64,000 nucleotides of DNA from Spirochaetia bacterium (GTDB lineage: Bacteria > Spirochaetota > Spirochaetia > CADAEX01): NCBI GenBank assembly GCA_963662795.1, contig OY759746.1, positions 1,312,001-1,376,000 of the forward strand, given 5' to 3'. Positions 10,120-19,381 of this stretch are shown piece after piece. The translations under genes were made by a program, and so were the position numbers. The notes below the pieces were generated by a model. It saw nothing but the letters and a program-made list of their open reading frames with translations. It had not been told where the DNA came from and searched no databases. The number at the start of each line of letters is the position of its first letter. Positions within the stretch are counted from its first letter, which is position 1.

Positions 10120-10256
10120 ATTGTTCCTTGTTGAATATTCCGGAATCCGGAATCTGTTTGTTTCCGGTTAATTATAGACAATTTACAGACTCTATCAATA
10201 TCAGAAGAACAGGGAGCATTGACTATTGGAAAAGGTTATTTATATATTTAAGTCCT

Positions 10257-10610
10257 ATGGGAATTTCAATAAAGGATTTTGCAGAAAAGATACTGGGACT
10301 TGAGCATGAGGAACTTAAAAAAAGGGAAATATTTATAAAATTTATTATAGCTGCGGGAAAAGTTGTTTTTGATCCCCGGCTTTTTGTCAATTTTGAAAAA
10401 ACCTACGGGGAAGGCTCTCTTTACCATAAGGATATCGCTGATGCCAATATGATTGAAAGGGGCCAGGTTTACGGGGGGGCTTACGCAGCCGTTTCCTGGG
10501 ACAGGGTAAGGATAACCGGAAAAAGCATGGATTTCGGCGGCATCGAAGGGTACGAGGACCTGGTAAGAAGCTATTTTGAAAACTATTTTGAAAACAGTGT
10601 CACAGTTTAG
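10257..10610 (+). CDS. Small protein resembling the Janus/Ocnus (PHPT1) phosphohistidine phosphatase family
   Basis: FIKFII...YHKDIA...YGGAY...ITGKSMDFG parallels PHPT1 FKYVLI...YHADIY...LGGGR...VYGYSMAYG. Start refined to ATG 10257, downstream of a TTGACT...TATATT promoter-like element (ORF track starts at 10128). Confidence 0.55.
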   Translation: MGISIKDFAEKILGLEHEELKKREIFIKFIIAAGKVVFDPRLFVNFEKTYGEGSLYHKDIADANMIERGQVYGGAYAAVSWDRVRITGKSMDFGGIEGYEDLVRSYFENYFENSVTV

Positions 10611-13485
10611 ATACAAACACAGGTCCGGACACAGATCCTGCCGTGCCAGCTGCCGGCTTTTCTGATTTAAATCCCTTTCTTTCCATTTTTCCCCATCCGC
10701 TGACTTTTTTCAGACTGCTTACATAACCCCTTACGCGGAGAAAGCTTGAGATCTGCCTGAATCCGAACGCTTCAAGAAATGAGTATAATATCAGGAGGAT
10801 GCGATCTTTTGTCCTGAATATTTCAGTTTTATATTCCGAAATATAAAGCGAGCAGTTTGTAACAAAAATGCTGTAAAAAACCGCAGCCGTGACAAAGAAT
10901 AAAGAAGTCTGAAAATCAGCCATACCCAGAGCAAGGGCAGTGAAGAACACAAGATAACCCTGAAGCTCAAGCCAGGGACCCAGCATTTCAAATATAAAAT
11001 AATAGGGAAAAGCGATAAGACCGGCAGTCCCGAAACGGGGGTTAAAAAGCATTTTCAGATGATATGTCATGATGTCAATTAAACCGCGCTGCCATCTGTC
11101 CCGTTGTCTGAAAATAATCTTCCAGCTCTCGGGAATTTCTGTCCAGCAGTTTGCGTCAAAGGTATATTTTATGATTGAGTCCTCTTTTTTTTCCATGCAG
11201 ACCCGTTTAAGTCTTACAACAAGCTCCATATCCTCGCCTACAGTGTCCTTGTCAAGGAAACTGCTCTCTGTCATATAACCGTGGTTGGCAATTACCATTT
11301 TTCTGTTAAACACTCCGAATGCTCCCGATACTATCAGCAGGGCATTGATATGTGCCCAGCCTATCCTCCCTGCCATAAACGCCCTCAGGTATTCAACAGT
11401 CTGAAATCTTGCCAGATTGTTCTTTCCAACACCTATTTTTCTGATATACCCGTTTTTAACATCACAGCCGTTAACAGGAAGAATATTGCCTCCAGCGGCG
11501 ATCACCTCTTTTTCATCATCAAGAAAGCTGCCGGTAATTCTGAGAATTGCGTCCCTTTCAAGGAGGGAATCTGAATCTATCCCTACAAAATACTCTTTGG
11601 ATGAGGCGTTTATCCCGCAGTTCAGAGAATCTGCCTTGCCTCCGTTCATCTTGTCGACAAAGATAAGCTCAGGATATTTTGCCCCCCTGTAAACAGCCCT
11701 GATCTCCCTGGTGTTAAGCCTAAGGTCAAAATTCAATTCGCTTTTTTCAAGTTCGAAATATTTAATAACCTTCTCCATTGTTTTGTCTTTTGATCCGTCA
11801 TTGACTACAATTACCTCAAAATCCGGATACCTGAGGTTAAGGAGAGAGTTTATGCTTTCAATAATTGTACTTTCTTCATTATATGCCGGGGCAATTATTG
11901 ATACGGAAGGGAGTATATTCTCCCTGAAAAGAAACGAAACTTTTTTTAATTCTGCGTATTTTCCCTGTTTTATAACTCCGAGCAGGGAAAAAACAAGCAT
12001 CAGACAATAAAAAGAATTAAGGGCGATTGAATAAAAAGAGAAGAAAATTATAAAAAATGATATATATTCCGTAACAGCATAAAGCAGTGTGCCGGTCAAA
12101 AGAGAATTCCTGTTCAGGATAAAAAAAGAGACAGGAAATCCAAGAAGGGTAAAAGCAAGGAATACCCATAAAAGAAAGATCTTCCCTTTTTCTTTTGATG
12201 TTCTTGGTATTTCAGGCAGGGGAATTCCGGAAAGGCCGATTCTATTCAGGACTTTCTCATCAAGGTACATTTTAAACTGGTCAATTACGGCAGGATTATG
12301 AGATTCACTGATTATTTCCACAATCTGTTTTTCAATAACCGGATTGCTGTTCCTGTTCATAAAGTTGATTATTCCGCTTACCTTTCCCCTTGATATCAGG
12401 TTTCTCGTAAGGTCTTTAACTTCTTTAATATTGCTCCCGAGCAGTTTTTCAAAAACATACTCAAGCCGGTAGGATACAATATCCGTCAGTTTTTCTTTAA
12501 TTGCAACATCTGTTTCATTGAAAGCTCTCTGAACAAGGTGTCTGTAATAAGCGGGGATTTTTTTTACAACAGAAGAGAGAGCCGCAGCTGCTGTACTGCT
12601 GACCGAATCATCTGAAAGGAAATGGATAAGAAGGCTCACGCTGTGATGTGAAGGATTTTCACCAAGTGCTTCAACAGCCGCGGTCCTGATTTCCCCGTCC
12701 TCATTTATCAGGTATTCGTTGATATTAATACTGTCAAAATAATATTTTGATGCGACACGGAAAGCAGCCAGTGATACTTCCCGGTCCGAAGAGGTTGTTT
12801 TATCAATAATATAGCCTGTCAATATAGCAGAAGGGAATTTTGAAGCATAATATATAAAAAGAAGTTCAATATCCTTGTTTTTTCTTTCTTTCAATATTTC
12901 AAAATAATCAAGAAGGGCAATATTGAATCCGCTTACGATACTCCAGAAAGCAGGTCTTCTTTTTTCCGGGAGATCCTTTAAACTGTCAATTACTTCAGGA
13001 ATTACTGCCGGGTCAGCCTGCCCCACCAGGGAATTAACAATATAGAGTTTTGTACGTATCTTTTTTTCCCTCAGAAGAGCTGCAAGAAGTGCATTTTTAA
13101 ATTTGGAACATTTAAAATATCCCATAATAATGGCGGCATAGGTTTTCTTATACCTGCTCCTGCCGCCAAGCAGCCATTTTATAAGCCTGTTTATAATATT
13201 CCACTCTTCAAACAGCGATATGAGCAGGTTGTTTATCTCCGAACTCATTTCAACTGACTGAAGGAGATCGACATACTGGTCAATAATTATCTTCCAGTCT
13301 TTTTTAACAGGGGTATATCCCCCATCCGTTCCTTCAGACAGGGAACTGATCCAGTTAATTATCCGTCTTTTCCTTTTTCTGTATTCCCTCTGTTTTCTGA
13401 TATTTAAAGAAATCAGAATCAGGGAAAATAAATTCAAGGCAAGAACTGCAGCAAAAACAGTGAAAACAAAGGAATCAGAAATCAT
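10600..13485 (-). CDS. Processive GT2 glycosyltransferase (polysaccharide synthase) with N-terminal HEAT-repeat region
   Basis: IIAPAYNEE, VNDGSKD, GGKADSLN, DSD, GEDMEL and RQRDRW (D,D,D,QxxRW) motifs; TM helices flank the GT domain; HEAT-like repeats such as IRTAAVEALGEN. Confidence 0.9.
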   Translation of the reverse strand: MISDSFVFTVFAAVLALNLFSLILISLNIRKQREYRKRKRRIINWISSLSEGTDGGYTPVKKDWKIIIDQYVDLLQSVEMSSEINNLLISLFEEWNIINRLIKWLLGGRSRYKKTYAAIIMGYFKCSKFKNALLAALLREKKIRTKLYIVNSLVGQADPAVIPEVIDSLKDLPEKRRPAFWSIVSGFNIALLDYFEILKERKNKDIELLFIYYASKFPSAILTGYIIDKTTSSDREVSLAAFRVASKYYFDSININEYLINEDGEIRTAAVEALGENPSHHSVSLLIHFLSDDSVSSTAAAALSSVVKKIPAYYRHLVQRAFNETDVAIKEKLTDIVSYRLEYVFEKLLGSNIKEVKDLTRNLISRGKVSGIINFMNRNSNPVIEKQIVEIISESHNPAVIDQFKMYLDEKVLNRIGLSGIPLPEIPRTSKEKGKIFLLWVFLAFTLLGFPVSFFILNRNSLLTGTLLYAVTEYISFFIIFFSFYSIALNSFYCLMLVFSLLGVIKQGKYAELKKVSFLFRENILPSVSIIAPAYNEESTIIESINSLLNLRYPDFEVIVVNDGSKDKTMEKVIKYFELEKSELNFDLRLNTREIRAVYRGAKYPELIFVDKMNGGKADSLNCGINASSKEYFVGIDSDSLLERDAILRITGSFLDDEKEVIAAGGNILPVNGCDVKNGYIRKIGVGKNNLARFQTVEYLRAFMAGRIGWAHINALLIVSGAFGVFNRKMVIANHGYMTESSFLDKDTVGEDMELVVRLKRVCMEKKEDSIIKYTFDANCWTEIPESWKIIFRQRDRWQRGLIDIMTYHLKMLFNPRFGTAGLIAFPYYFIFEMLGPWLELQGYLVFFTALALGMADFQTSLFFVTAAVFYSIFVTNCSLYISEYKTEIFRTKDRILLILYSFLEAFGFRQISSFLRVRGYVSSLKKVSGWGKMERKGFKSEKPAAGTAGSVSGPVFVSKL

Positions 13486-15524
13486 CCGGACTTCCTGCTG
13501 AGTATATTATCAATAATTCCTGTCAGCTCTATTAGGGAATAGGGTTTCTGAAAATAATGAAAGATATTAAGGGAATTGGCTTTTATTATATATTCATCGT
13601 TTTTTTTGTGTGAAACAATGATAAAAGGGATACTGCTTACAGAGGATTCTGACAGAAGGCCCTGTTTTATTGCGAATCCGTTTACACCCGGCACCATAAT
13701 CTCGCTCACAATTACAGAGGGTTTTTCCTTTTTTATATATTCTACTGCTTCGTTGCCGTCAGATAATATAAGTGAACTTATCCCCTTCTGGGTCAGTCTC
13801 AAAGAAAGCAGCTCCGCATATCCGGGATCAGGTTCGATTATTAAAACTGAAATTACAGGCATGGCATTATTTTCTGCTGCAGAACCTTTATCACAGATTG
13901 TATTACCACCCCTCGCTCTTGCTATCTGAATCCGGGAGAGCCCGAGAGTTATCAGGTTCTCAGGAATTTCTGTTCCTGCAAGATTGCTCTGATAAAGTTC
14001 ATAAAAATTTACTATGCCTGTTGAAACTGTTATATCCTCAATAAATACCGAAGATGAGGCTATTCTTTCCCTCAGTTTTTCCGCTGTTATCATATCGCAG
14101 CCGCCTGAACATTCCGGGATAAAATAGGCGAAAACAGGGCCGTTAAGTTTAAAAACAAAGTGCGTGCTTCTTTCATCAGCTTCAGAGATAAAGTTTCTTA
14201 TAAGATAAGCAACCCCGCGCAGCGCATCATCGCCTTCTTCTCTTCCATAGCGGCTGTTTATTCCGAAAATATCATCAAGCGATATAAAAAGAAGTGCGCT
14301 GTTTAGTTCCTTCTGTTCAGAAGTGGAAAATTCCCTGGCAATAATTGCCCGGAAAAAAACTTCATTCTTTAGGCCGGTTACAGGGCATGTCGTCATCCTC
14401 TCCTCAATCTCTTCAAGGTCTGCCTTCATCCTTTTTCTTGTACCGTGAATCCTGGCCATATTCTGATCAATTTCAATATTTTTGTTCCTGATATTAAGCA
14501 CCACTTTATTAAACGCGACAGGAAAGGAGAGGCTGTATTCCTTTGAGATCCTTCTCACCTGGGACTCAATCAGACTCAGCCACCCCATCCCTTTTTTTTC
14601 AAGCAGCACCTTGAAAAACTCTTCCCACAGGTCTGCCCCTTTTGATGCGCAGGAGTCTATCCGGCCGGTATTTTCATTAATCATAATCCCTGATCCTCTG
14701 TAGACAGAAACAACTTCATCCAGTGAGTAAATCTGGATCAGCCTGTTTAAGACATCTCCGCAGAAAAGCCTGTATACTTTCGGGTCATTTATCTGCCGCT
14801 GCTTTATATCACGGAAGGAGCCGAAGTAAAAACCGCTGACCGCTTTCAGCACTGCCGGTATATTGTCAGATATTATCCCCCCCCTTGACGGGGCTATGTG
14901 CCTTACAGGGAGCATTCTAAGTTTTTCAATTATTGATTTTACTATTCTGCTGTCAGGCATGAAATGCTCATGATAAGCGGCCAAAGGTTCAAGATGAGCT
15001 GTATTCAGGGTAATTCCTTCACTTACTGTAAAAGAGCTGAAAAGGCTTGATGAAAACAGCACTGATGACTCAGGATGAAGGACCTGTATTTCTCCGGGAG
15101 TACTCAGATATGATGCAGGAAAAAAAAGGAGCTGTTTTCCGTTTGCAAGACCATATTCCCAGTTATTTTCATTAACAATAAAAATTCCCTTCCTCCATAT
15201 ACCGCCGGAAATAAGACAACTGCACCTCCAGTGCATGGCAAGTTTTGCCTCAGGGCATTCATTTTCAAAGAGGGGAAGGGCGGAACACAAGTCAGTATCG
15301 GTTGAGGTAATTACAATCAGTACTATTTTTTCAAGAGAGACAAGAGTTTCAATTTCTTTTTTTACATTTTCAAATTCCCTGTATGGGCCTGTGTTTACAA
15401 GTACCGCTTCATCATCAGAAATAACCAGATAGATATTGGGATCAAGACTGCCCGGCAGACGCGGAGAAATTCCGACCCTGTAAATGTTTTCCGCAATACG
15501 GTATACTTCTGATTTATTTTCCAT
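13482..15524 (-). CDS. ODP-like MBL-fold / degenerate GGDEF / pseudo-receiver protein
   Basis: N-terminal FprA/ODP-type MBL fold (NIYLV..DEAVLV, HWR, HEHFMP), GGDEF-fold region (CPVTGLKN, INSRYGREEGD, NGPVF), C-terminal REC (VSEIMVPGVNG, FQKP); ATGA overlap with the GT2 gene. Confidence 0.8.
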   Translation of the reverse strand: MENKSEVYRIAENIYRVGISPRLPGSLDPNIYLVISDDEAVLVNTGPYREFENVKKEIETLVSLEKIVLIVITSTDTDLCSALPLFENECPEAKLAMHWRCSCLISGGIWRKGIFIVNENNWEYGLANGKQLLFFPASYLSTPGEIQVLHPESSVLFSSSLFSSFTVSEGITLNTAHLEPLAAYHEHFMPDSRIVKSIIEKLRMLPVRHIAPSRGGIISDNIPAVLKAVSGFYFGSFRDIKQRQINDPKVYRLFCGDVLNRLIQIYSLDEVVSVYRGSGIMINENTGRIDSCASKGADLWEEFFKVLLEKKGMGWLSLIESQVRRISKEYSLSFPVAFNKVVLNIRNKNIEIDQNMARIHGTRKRMKADLEEIEERMTTCPVTGLKNEVFFRAIIAREFSTSEQKELNSALLFISLDDIFGINSRYGREEGDDALRGVAYLIRNFISEADERSTHFVFKLNGPVFAYFIPECSGGCDMITAEKLRERIASSSVFIEDITVSTGIVNFYELYQSNLAGTEIPENLITLGLSRIQIARARGGNTICDKGSAAENNAMPVISVLIIEPDPGYAELLSLRLTQKGISSLILSDGNEAVEYIKKEKPSVIVSEIMVPGVNGFAIKQGLLSESSVSSIPFIIVSHKKNDEYIIKANSLNIFHYFQKPYSLIELTGIIDNILSRKSG

Positions 15525-15602
15525 ACATAATAATTTTCGAGAATAATTGGTATTTCATGACCAATTTATTATTTTAGAAAGATATAGCTGCAATCCTATT
15601 AT

Positions 15603-15631
15603 ATTATAGCATGAACTTTCTTTTATGACAT
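15603..15631 (-). promoter_or_regulatory. Putative extended -10 sigma70 promoter for the regulator-GT2 operon
   Basis: Minus strand ATGTCA-17 nt-TATAAT with TGn extension (TGCTATAAT). Confidence 0.5.
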
Positions 15632-15687
15632 AAACTATCGATATATAGAATATATGCCATTATTGGCAGAAAAATGAGGTTATCCCG

Positions 15688-17034
15688 ATGAAAATTATAA
15701 AGATATATTTTTTTACCCTTCTTTTTCTTTCTCTGACAGTTAATTATGCAGCAGCGCAGAGCAGCGCTGCAGGAGAATCAGAAATTGAGAAACTGCTTGA
15801 CCGGGGTATAAATTATGAACAGACCGGTAATCTCGACGCGGCAATAATAAACTACAGGCTTGTTCTTGAGGCAGACAGCAGCAATGTTCCGGCACAGGTC
15901 AGACTCGCCAAGCTTCTAAGCTGGCAGCTCAAGCTTGACGAAGCGCTTGCGATTCTTGATCCGCTTCTTGAGAAAAACCCTGATTTAAGCGAAGCAATTT
16001 TCAGGAAAGCCCAGATTCTAAGCTGGATGAAAAGATATGATGAATCAATTCTCCTTTACAAACGGTACCTTGAGCTTGAACCTGACAACCCCGACGGATT
16101 CGGCGGCATAGCCAGAACATATTTCTGGTCGGGGGATTATGATAACGCAGTAATATACTTCAATAAGGCTATTGAAGCAGGTTACTATAACGTAACAGAA
16201 TGCCGGCTTAACCTCGCAAAAATGTATCTAAACAGGAATGACCCTGAAAACGCAAAGAAAGAACTGGAGCTTGTTTTCTTAAAAGAACCGGAAAACAGGC
16301 AGGCAAAAGAGCTCTATTCATCTCTGCCACGTTTTATGAAATATGAAACTTCCCTGGCATTAAGGGGAGAACAATACCCTGATTCGCTTTTTGGAATTAA
16401 AGCGTCCCCGTTCTTTGTTTACAGGCCTGCTAAAAGCTGGGAAATTCTGGCAGGGTATGATTACTACGCCCTTGACGGGAAAAACGACAGTACCATGACC
16501 GCCGGGGCAGTTTTCAAGGGGCTAAAAGGGCTTTCAATCGGGAGCGAGGCCAGCATAACACCCAGTCCTGATTATTTTGAGGCATTCAATTTCACAAACT
16601 ACGTCAGCTACAGCATAACCAGAAAAACAGGCGTGGGGCTGACTGTGGAATCGCTTTTTTACAGGAACAACGAAAACCCGATACTTGAAGACGAGACACT
16701 TTATATAATTAAGCCTTCAGTAAGCTATTTTTTTACAGATATAAGCAACGCAACCGTGCAGTATATAAGCTATAAATACGCTGAAGGATTCTCAGCTTCA
16801 GCCGTATCACTCAACATCGTTATTGAATACTATAAGGACAACCCCTTGAATTTTGCACTAACCTATGGAGGGGATTATGAGTCAAAGAATAACGACCGGT
16901 CAATTTTTGAAGCCGGCGGCGGCCTGTCCTATAAATTCACAAATAATTTCGAACTTTCCTTTAGCTATAATCATGTTAAATCGGAATACAGCGATGTCAA
17001 CCAGTTTACAATCACACCTATATACAGATGGTAA
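15688..17034 (+). CDS. Signal peptide + TPR + C-terminal outer-membrane beta-barrel (YaiO/PgaA-like architecture)
   Basis: Sec signal (AAA cleavage), about 5 TPRs with LSW/YFW, then amphipathic beta-strands ending in FTITPIYRW (terminal aromatic beta-signal). Confidence 0.75.
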   Translation: MKIIKIYFFTLLFLSLTVNYAAAQSSAAGESEIEKLLDRGINYEQTGNLDAAIINYRLVLEADSSNVPAQVRLAKLLSWQLKLDEALAILDPLLEKNPDLSEAIFRKAQILSWMKRYDESILLYKRYLELEPDNPDGFGGIARTYFWSGDYDNAVIYFNKAIEAGYYNVTECRLNLAKMYLNRNDPENAKKELELVFLKEPENRQAKELYSSLPRFMKYETSLALRGEQYPDSLFGIKASPFFVYRPAKSWEILAGYDYYALDGKNDSTMTAGAVFKGLKGLSIGSEASITPSPDYFEAFNFTNYVSYSITRKTGVGLTVESLFYRNNENPILEDETLYIIKPSVSYFFTDISNATVQYISYKYAEGFSASAVSLNIVIEYYKDNPLNFALTYGGDYESKNNDRSIFEAGGGLSYKFTNNFELSFSYNHVKSEYSDVNQFTITPIYRW

Positions 17035-17037
17035 AAA

Positions 17038-17526
17038 ATGAAAACTGTTTTTCTTGAGAAAATGCTTATTGATGCAGCTGACAAATCTTTTGAAGGGCTG
17101 CACGATGAAGCAGAAAAGATACTCCTTGATGCTGCCGGAGAATTTCCCGGCAGTTATCTTGTACACTATAACCTGGGGGTTTTATATGTGGAAAAAGGAG
17201 AACCGGAAAAAGCAATTGCAGCACTTGAACGGGCTGAAAAACTTAAAGAAAATGATTGCGATATTCTCAACGAAAAAGCCCTTGCATTCCAGATAACAGA
17301 CAATAATGAAAAGGCGATTGTTTATTATGAAAAAGCGCTTTTATACAGCGCACCGGGACATGACAGGGCTGTAATCCTGAATAATCTTGGCGCCATATAT
17401 TTTTCAGAAGATTCTTTTGTCATTGCAAAGGATTTTTTTAATAAAGCGCTTTCAGAAGACTCCCGGCTGGAAGAGGCAAGACAGAATCTGCTTCTTGTAA
17501 ATACATATCTCGGGATAATAGGCTGA
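17038..17526 (+). CDS. Small TPR protein
   Basis: YNLGVLY..KG...KA, LNNLGAIY TPR motifs; starts 3 nt after the barrel gene. Confidence 0.8.
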   Translation: MKTVFLEKMLIDAADKSFEGLHDEAEKILLDAAGEFPGSYLVHYNLGVLYVEKGEPEKAIAALERAEKLKENDCDILNEKALAFQITDNNEKAIVYYEKALLYSAPGHDRAVILNNLGAIYFSEDSFVIAKDFFNKALSEDSRLEEARQNLLLVNTYLGIIG

Positions 17527-17570
17527 AACAGGCAGATTACGGTGAATTTTTTTCCCGGTTACAGAATAAC

Positions 17571-18494
17571 CTACAGTTTGAAAACTGTTCCTTCCACAGC
17601 AAGGCTGAAATGCATTTTTTTATTAATCTCACTGTATTTTTCATAATAGATTGAGGCAAACCGGTCAAGCTCTTCGTCTGTTCTTTCAGGATCATGGTGA
17701 GTAAGCACAAGTTCCTTTACTCCGGCAGCCGATGCAGTTTCAATTATATATTCATAGCTTGAATGTCCCCATCCCAGTTTACCGTTTTTATATTCCGCCT
17801 CTGTGTACTGCGCATCGTGAATCAGCAGGTCTGCCCCGCGGTAAAAATCAACAAGTTTCCTGTTTTCCTCCCGTGCGGCGGCTTCCCCTTCCTCTGCGGC
17901 AAGTTCGTCATAATCCGGATCATCAGGGCTCAGGGAAAAGACATTTCTGTAAGGTTCAGAGTCTGTTGCCAGACAAAAGACCTTACCCTTGTACTCGATT
18001 TTATAACCCAGGCAAAGGACAGGGTGATTGAGGTATTTTGTTGTAATTTTGACTTCATCATCAAGATAAAAAACTGTTTCCTTGAGAGGGAAATATTCTA
18101 TTTCTGCGGAAAGTTCACTTTTTATTACCGGAAAATACCTGTACTGGAACTGGCTTCCGATTATTTCGTCAATCCCCCCCTCTTCGTATGTTACAGGGCC
18201 GTAAATCTTCATTCTGGTAGTTGGGATGTAAACAGGAGTAAAAAAGGGAAATCCCATTATGTGGTCCCAGTGGGTATGGGTTATAAGCATATTGATATCA
18301 ATATTTCCGGCAGGAAGATATTTTTTTACGAGATGATTTCCGAGAAGCCTTATGCCTGAACCGCCGTCAATAATAATCTCTTTTTTATCAGGCCCCAGGT
18401 CTACGCTGAGGCAGGTTGTATTGCCGCCGTACTTTATTGTATCAGGTCCGGGACTCGGGATGGAGCCTCTTACTCCCCAAAGTTTTATTTCCAT
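17571..18494 (-). CDS. MBL-fold metallohydrolase (RNase Z / phosphodiesterase-like)
   Basis: WGVRGSIP...YGGNT, intact THTHWDH, HP, TDSE, HDAQY, GWGHS, THHDP. Confidence 0.88.
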   Translation of the reverse strand: MEIKLWGVRGSIPSPGPDTIKYGGNTTCLSVDLGPDKKEIIIDGGSGIRLLGNHLVKKYLPAGNIDINMLITHTHWDHIMGFPFFTPVYIPTTRMKIYGPVTYEEGGIDEIIGSQFQYRYFPVIKSELSAEIEYFPLKETVFYLDDEVKITTKYLNHPVLCLGYKIEYKGKVFCLATDSEPYRNVFSLSPDDPDYDELAAEEGEAAAREENRKLVDFYRGADLLIHDAQYTEAEYKNGKLGWGHSSYEYIIETASAAGVKELVLTHHDPERTDEELDRFASIYYEKYSEINKKMHFSLAVEGTVFKL

Positions 18495-18508
18495 CTATCA
18501 ATCCTTTA

Positions 18509-19381
18509 TTATTCCTTAAAATCAAGAAAAACACGCGCTTTCTCAAGTTCATTCAGAACAGTGTCCTTTATCCCACTGAGAATCTCTTCAGTAATGCCTG
18601 TCCTGGTAAATATTTCATTGTCAGGAACATCAACACTGAAGCCTTCAGCAAATTTGTATCCTATATTATTTGTAAAATATTCCGCTATGGCAATAGTATA
18701 AACAATATCCCTGTTTTTATCATCAGGTACAGAAAAAGGTTCATGATGATAAGCTATAACATTTTCGAGCTGTTCCCCGAGCGACCACTGCTGGGCAATA
18801 AACTGCCCCGCCAGTGCGTGGTCAAATTTAAAAACCCTTCTTTCCGCTTCAAACATTGTTTCATTTTTCTTACCGCTTTCAGCCATGATAATTTTATACT
18901 CATCACCAAAGCAGGTGATAATGGGTATTTTTCCAATATCGTGAAGCATCCCGGCAATAAAATATTCTTCAGCAGTATTACGGTCTTTTCCGGTTTCTCT
19001 GGCCAGTATCTTCGCAGCGATACCGGTGCATAGTGAATGCTGCCAGAATCTTGTCGAATTCGGCATTCCCGGGCATGTCTTGCCGCTCATAATTCCCATA
19101 ACAGAGGTGCTGAGGGCAAGATTTTTAACAGTATTCATTCCAAGCATTATTATTGCCCGGACAAGAGAGGTTACCCGGCCTGATATGCCATAATAGGCTG
19201 AATTGATCAGCTTCATAACCTTTCCCATCAGAACAGGATCAAGGCTGATAACCTTATAAAGATCCATTGGTGAAGTTCTGGGATTGTCGCAGATTTCCTT
19301 AACCTTGGTTACTGTGACAGGGAGACTGGGCATTCCTTTGATGTATTTTTCAATTATAAGGAGTCGTTCATTGTTGTCCAT
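18509..19381 (-). CDS. HDOD domain protein
   Basis: MPSLP, DPVL..KV.KLINSAYYG, FWQHS, AGMLHDIGK, DHA, W.L, YHHEP. Confidence 0.9.
   Translation of the reverse strand: MDNNERLLIIEKYIKGMPSLPVTVTKVKEICDNPRTSPMDLYKVISLDPVLMGKVMKLINSAYYGISGRVTSLVRAIIMLGMNTVKNLALSTSVMGIMSGKTCPGMPNSTRFWQHSLCTGIAAKILARETGKDRNTAEEYFIAGMLHDIGKIPIITCFGDEYKIIMAESGKKNETMFEAERRVFKFDHALAGQFIAQQWSLGEQLENVIAYHHEPFSVPDDKNRDIVYTIAIAEYFTNNIGYKFAEGFSVDVPDNEIFTRTGITEEILSGIKDTVLNELEKARVFLDFKE

Noticed and set aside
15545-15566. Inverted repeat AATTGGT-N8-ACCAATT upstream of the pseudo-regulator as an operator
   Set aside because: Only 7 bp in very AT-rich DNA, a single copy, and no adjacent transcription factor; insufficient support
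15653-15680. TGGCA motifs on both strands upstream of the TPR-barrel gene as sigma54 promoters
   Set aside because: Neither has the GC of the -12 element at the required spacing
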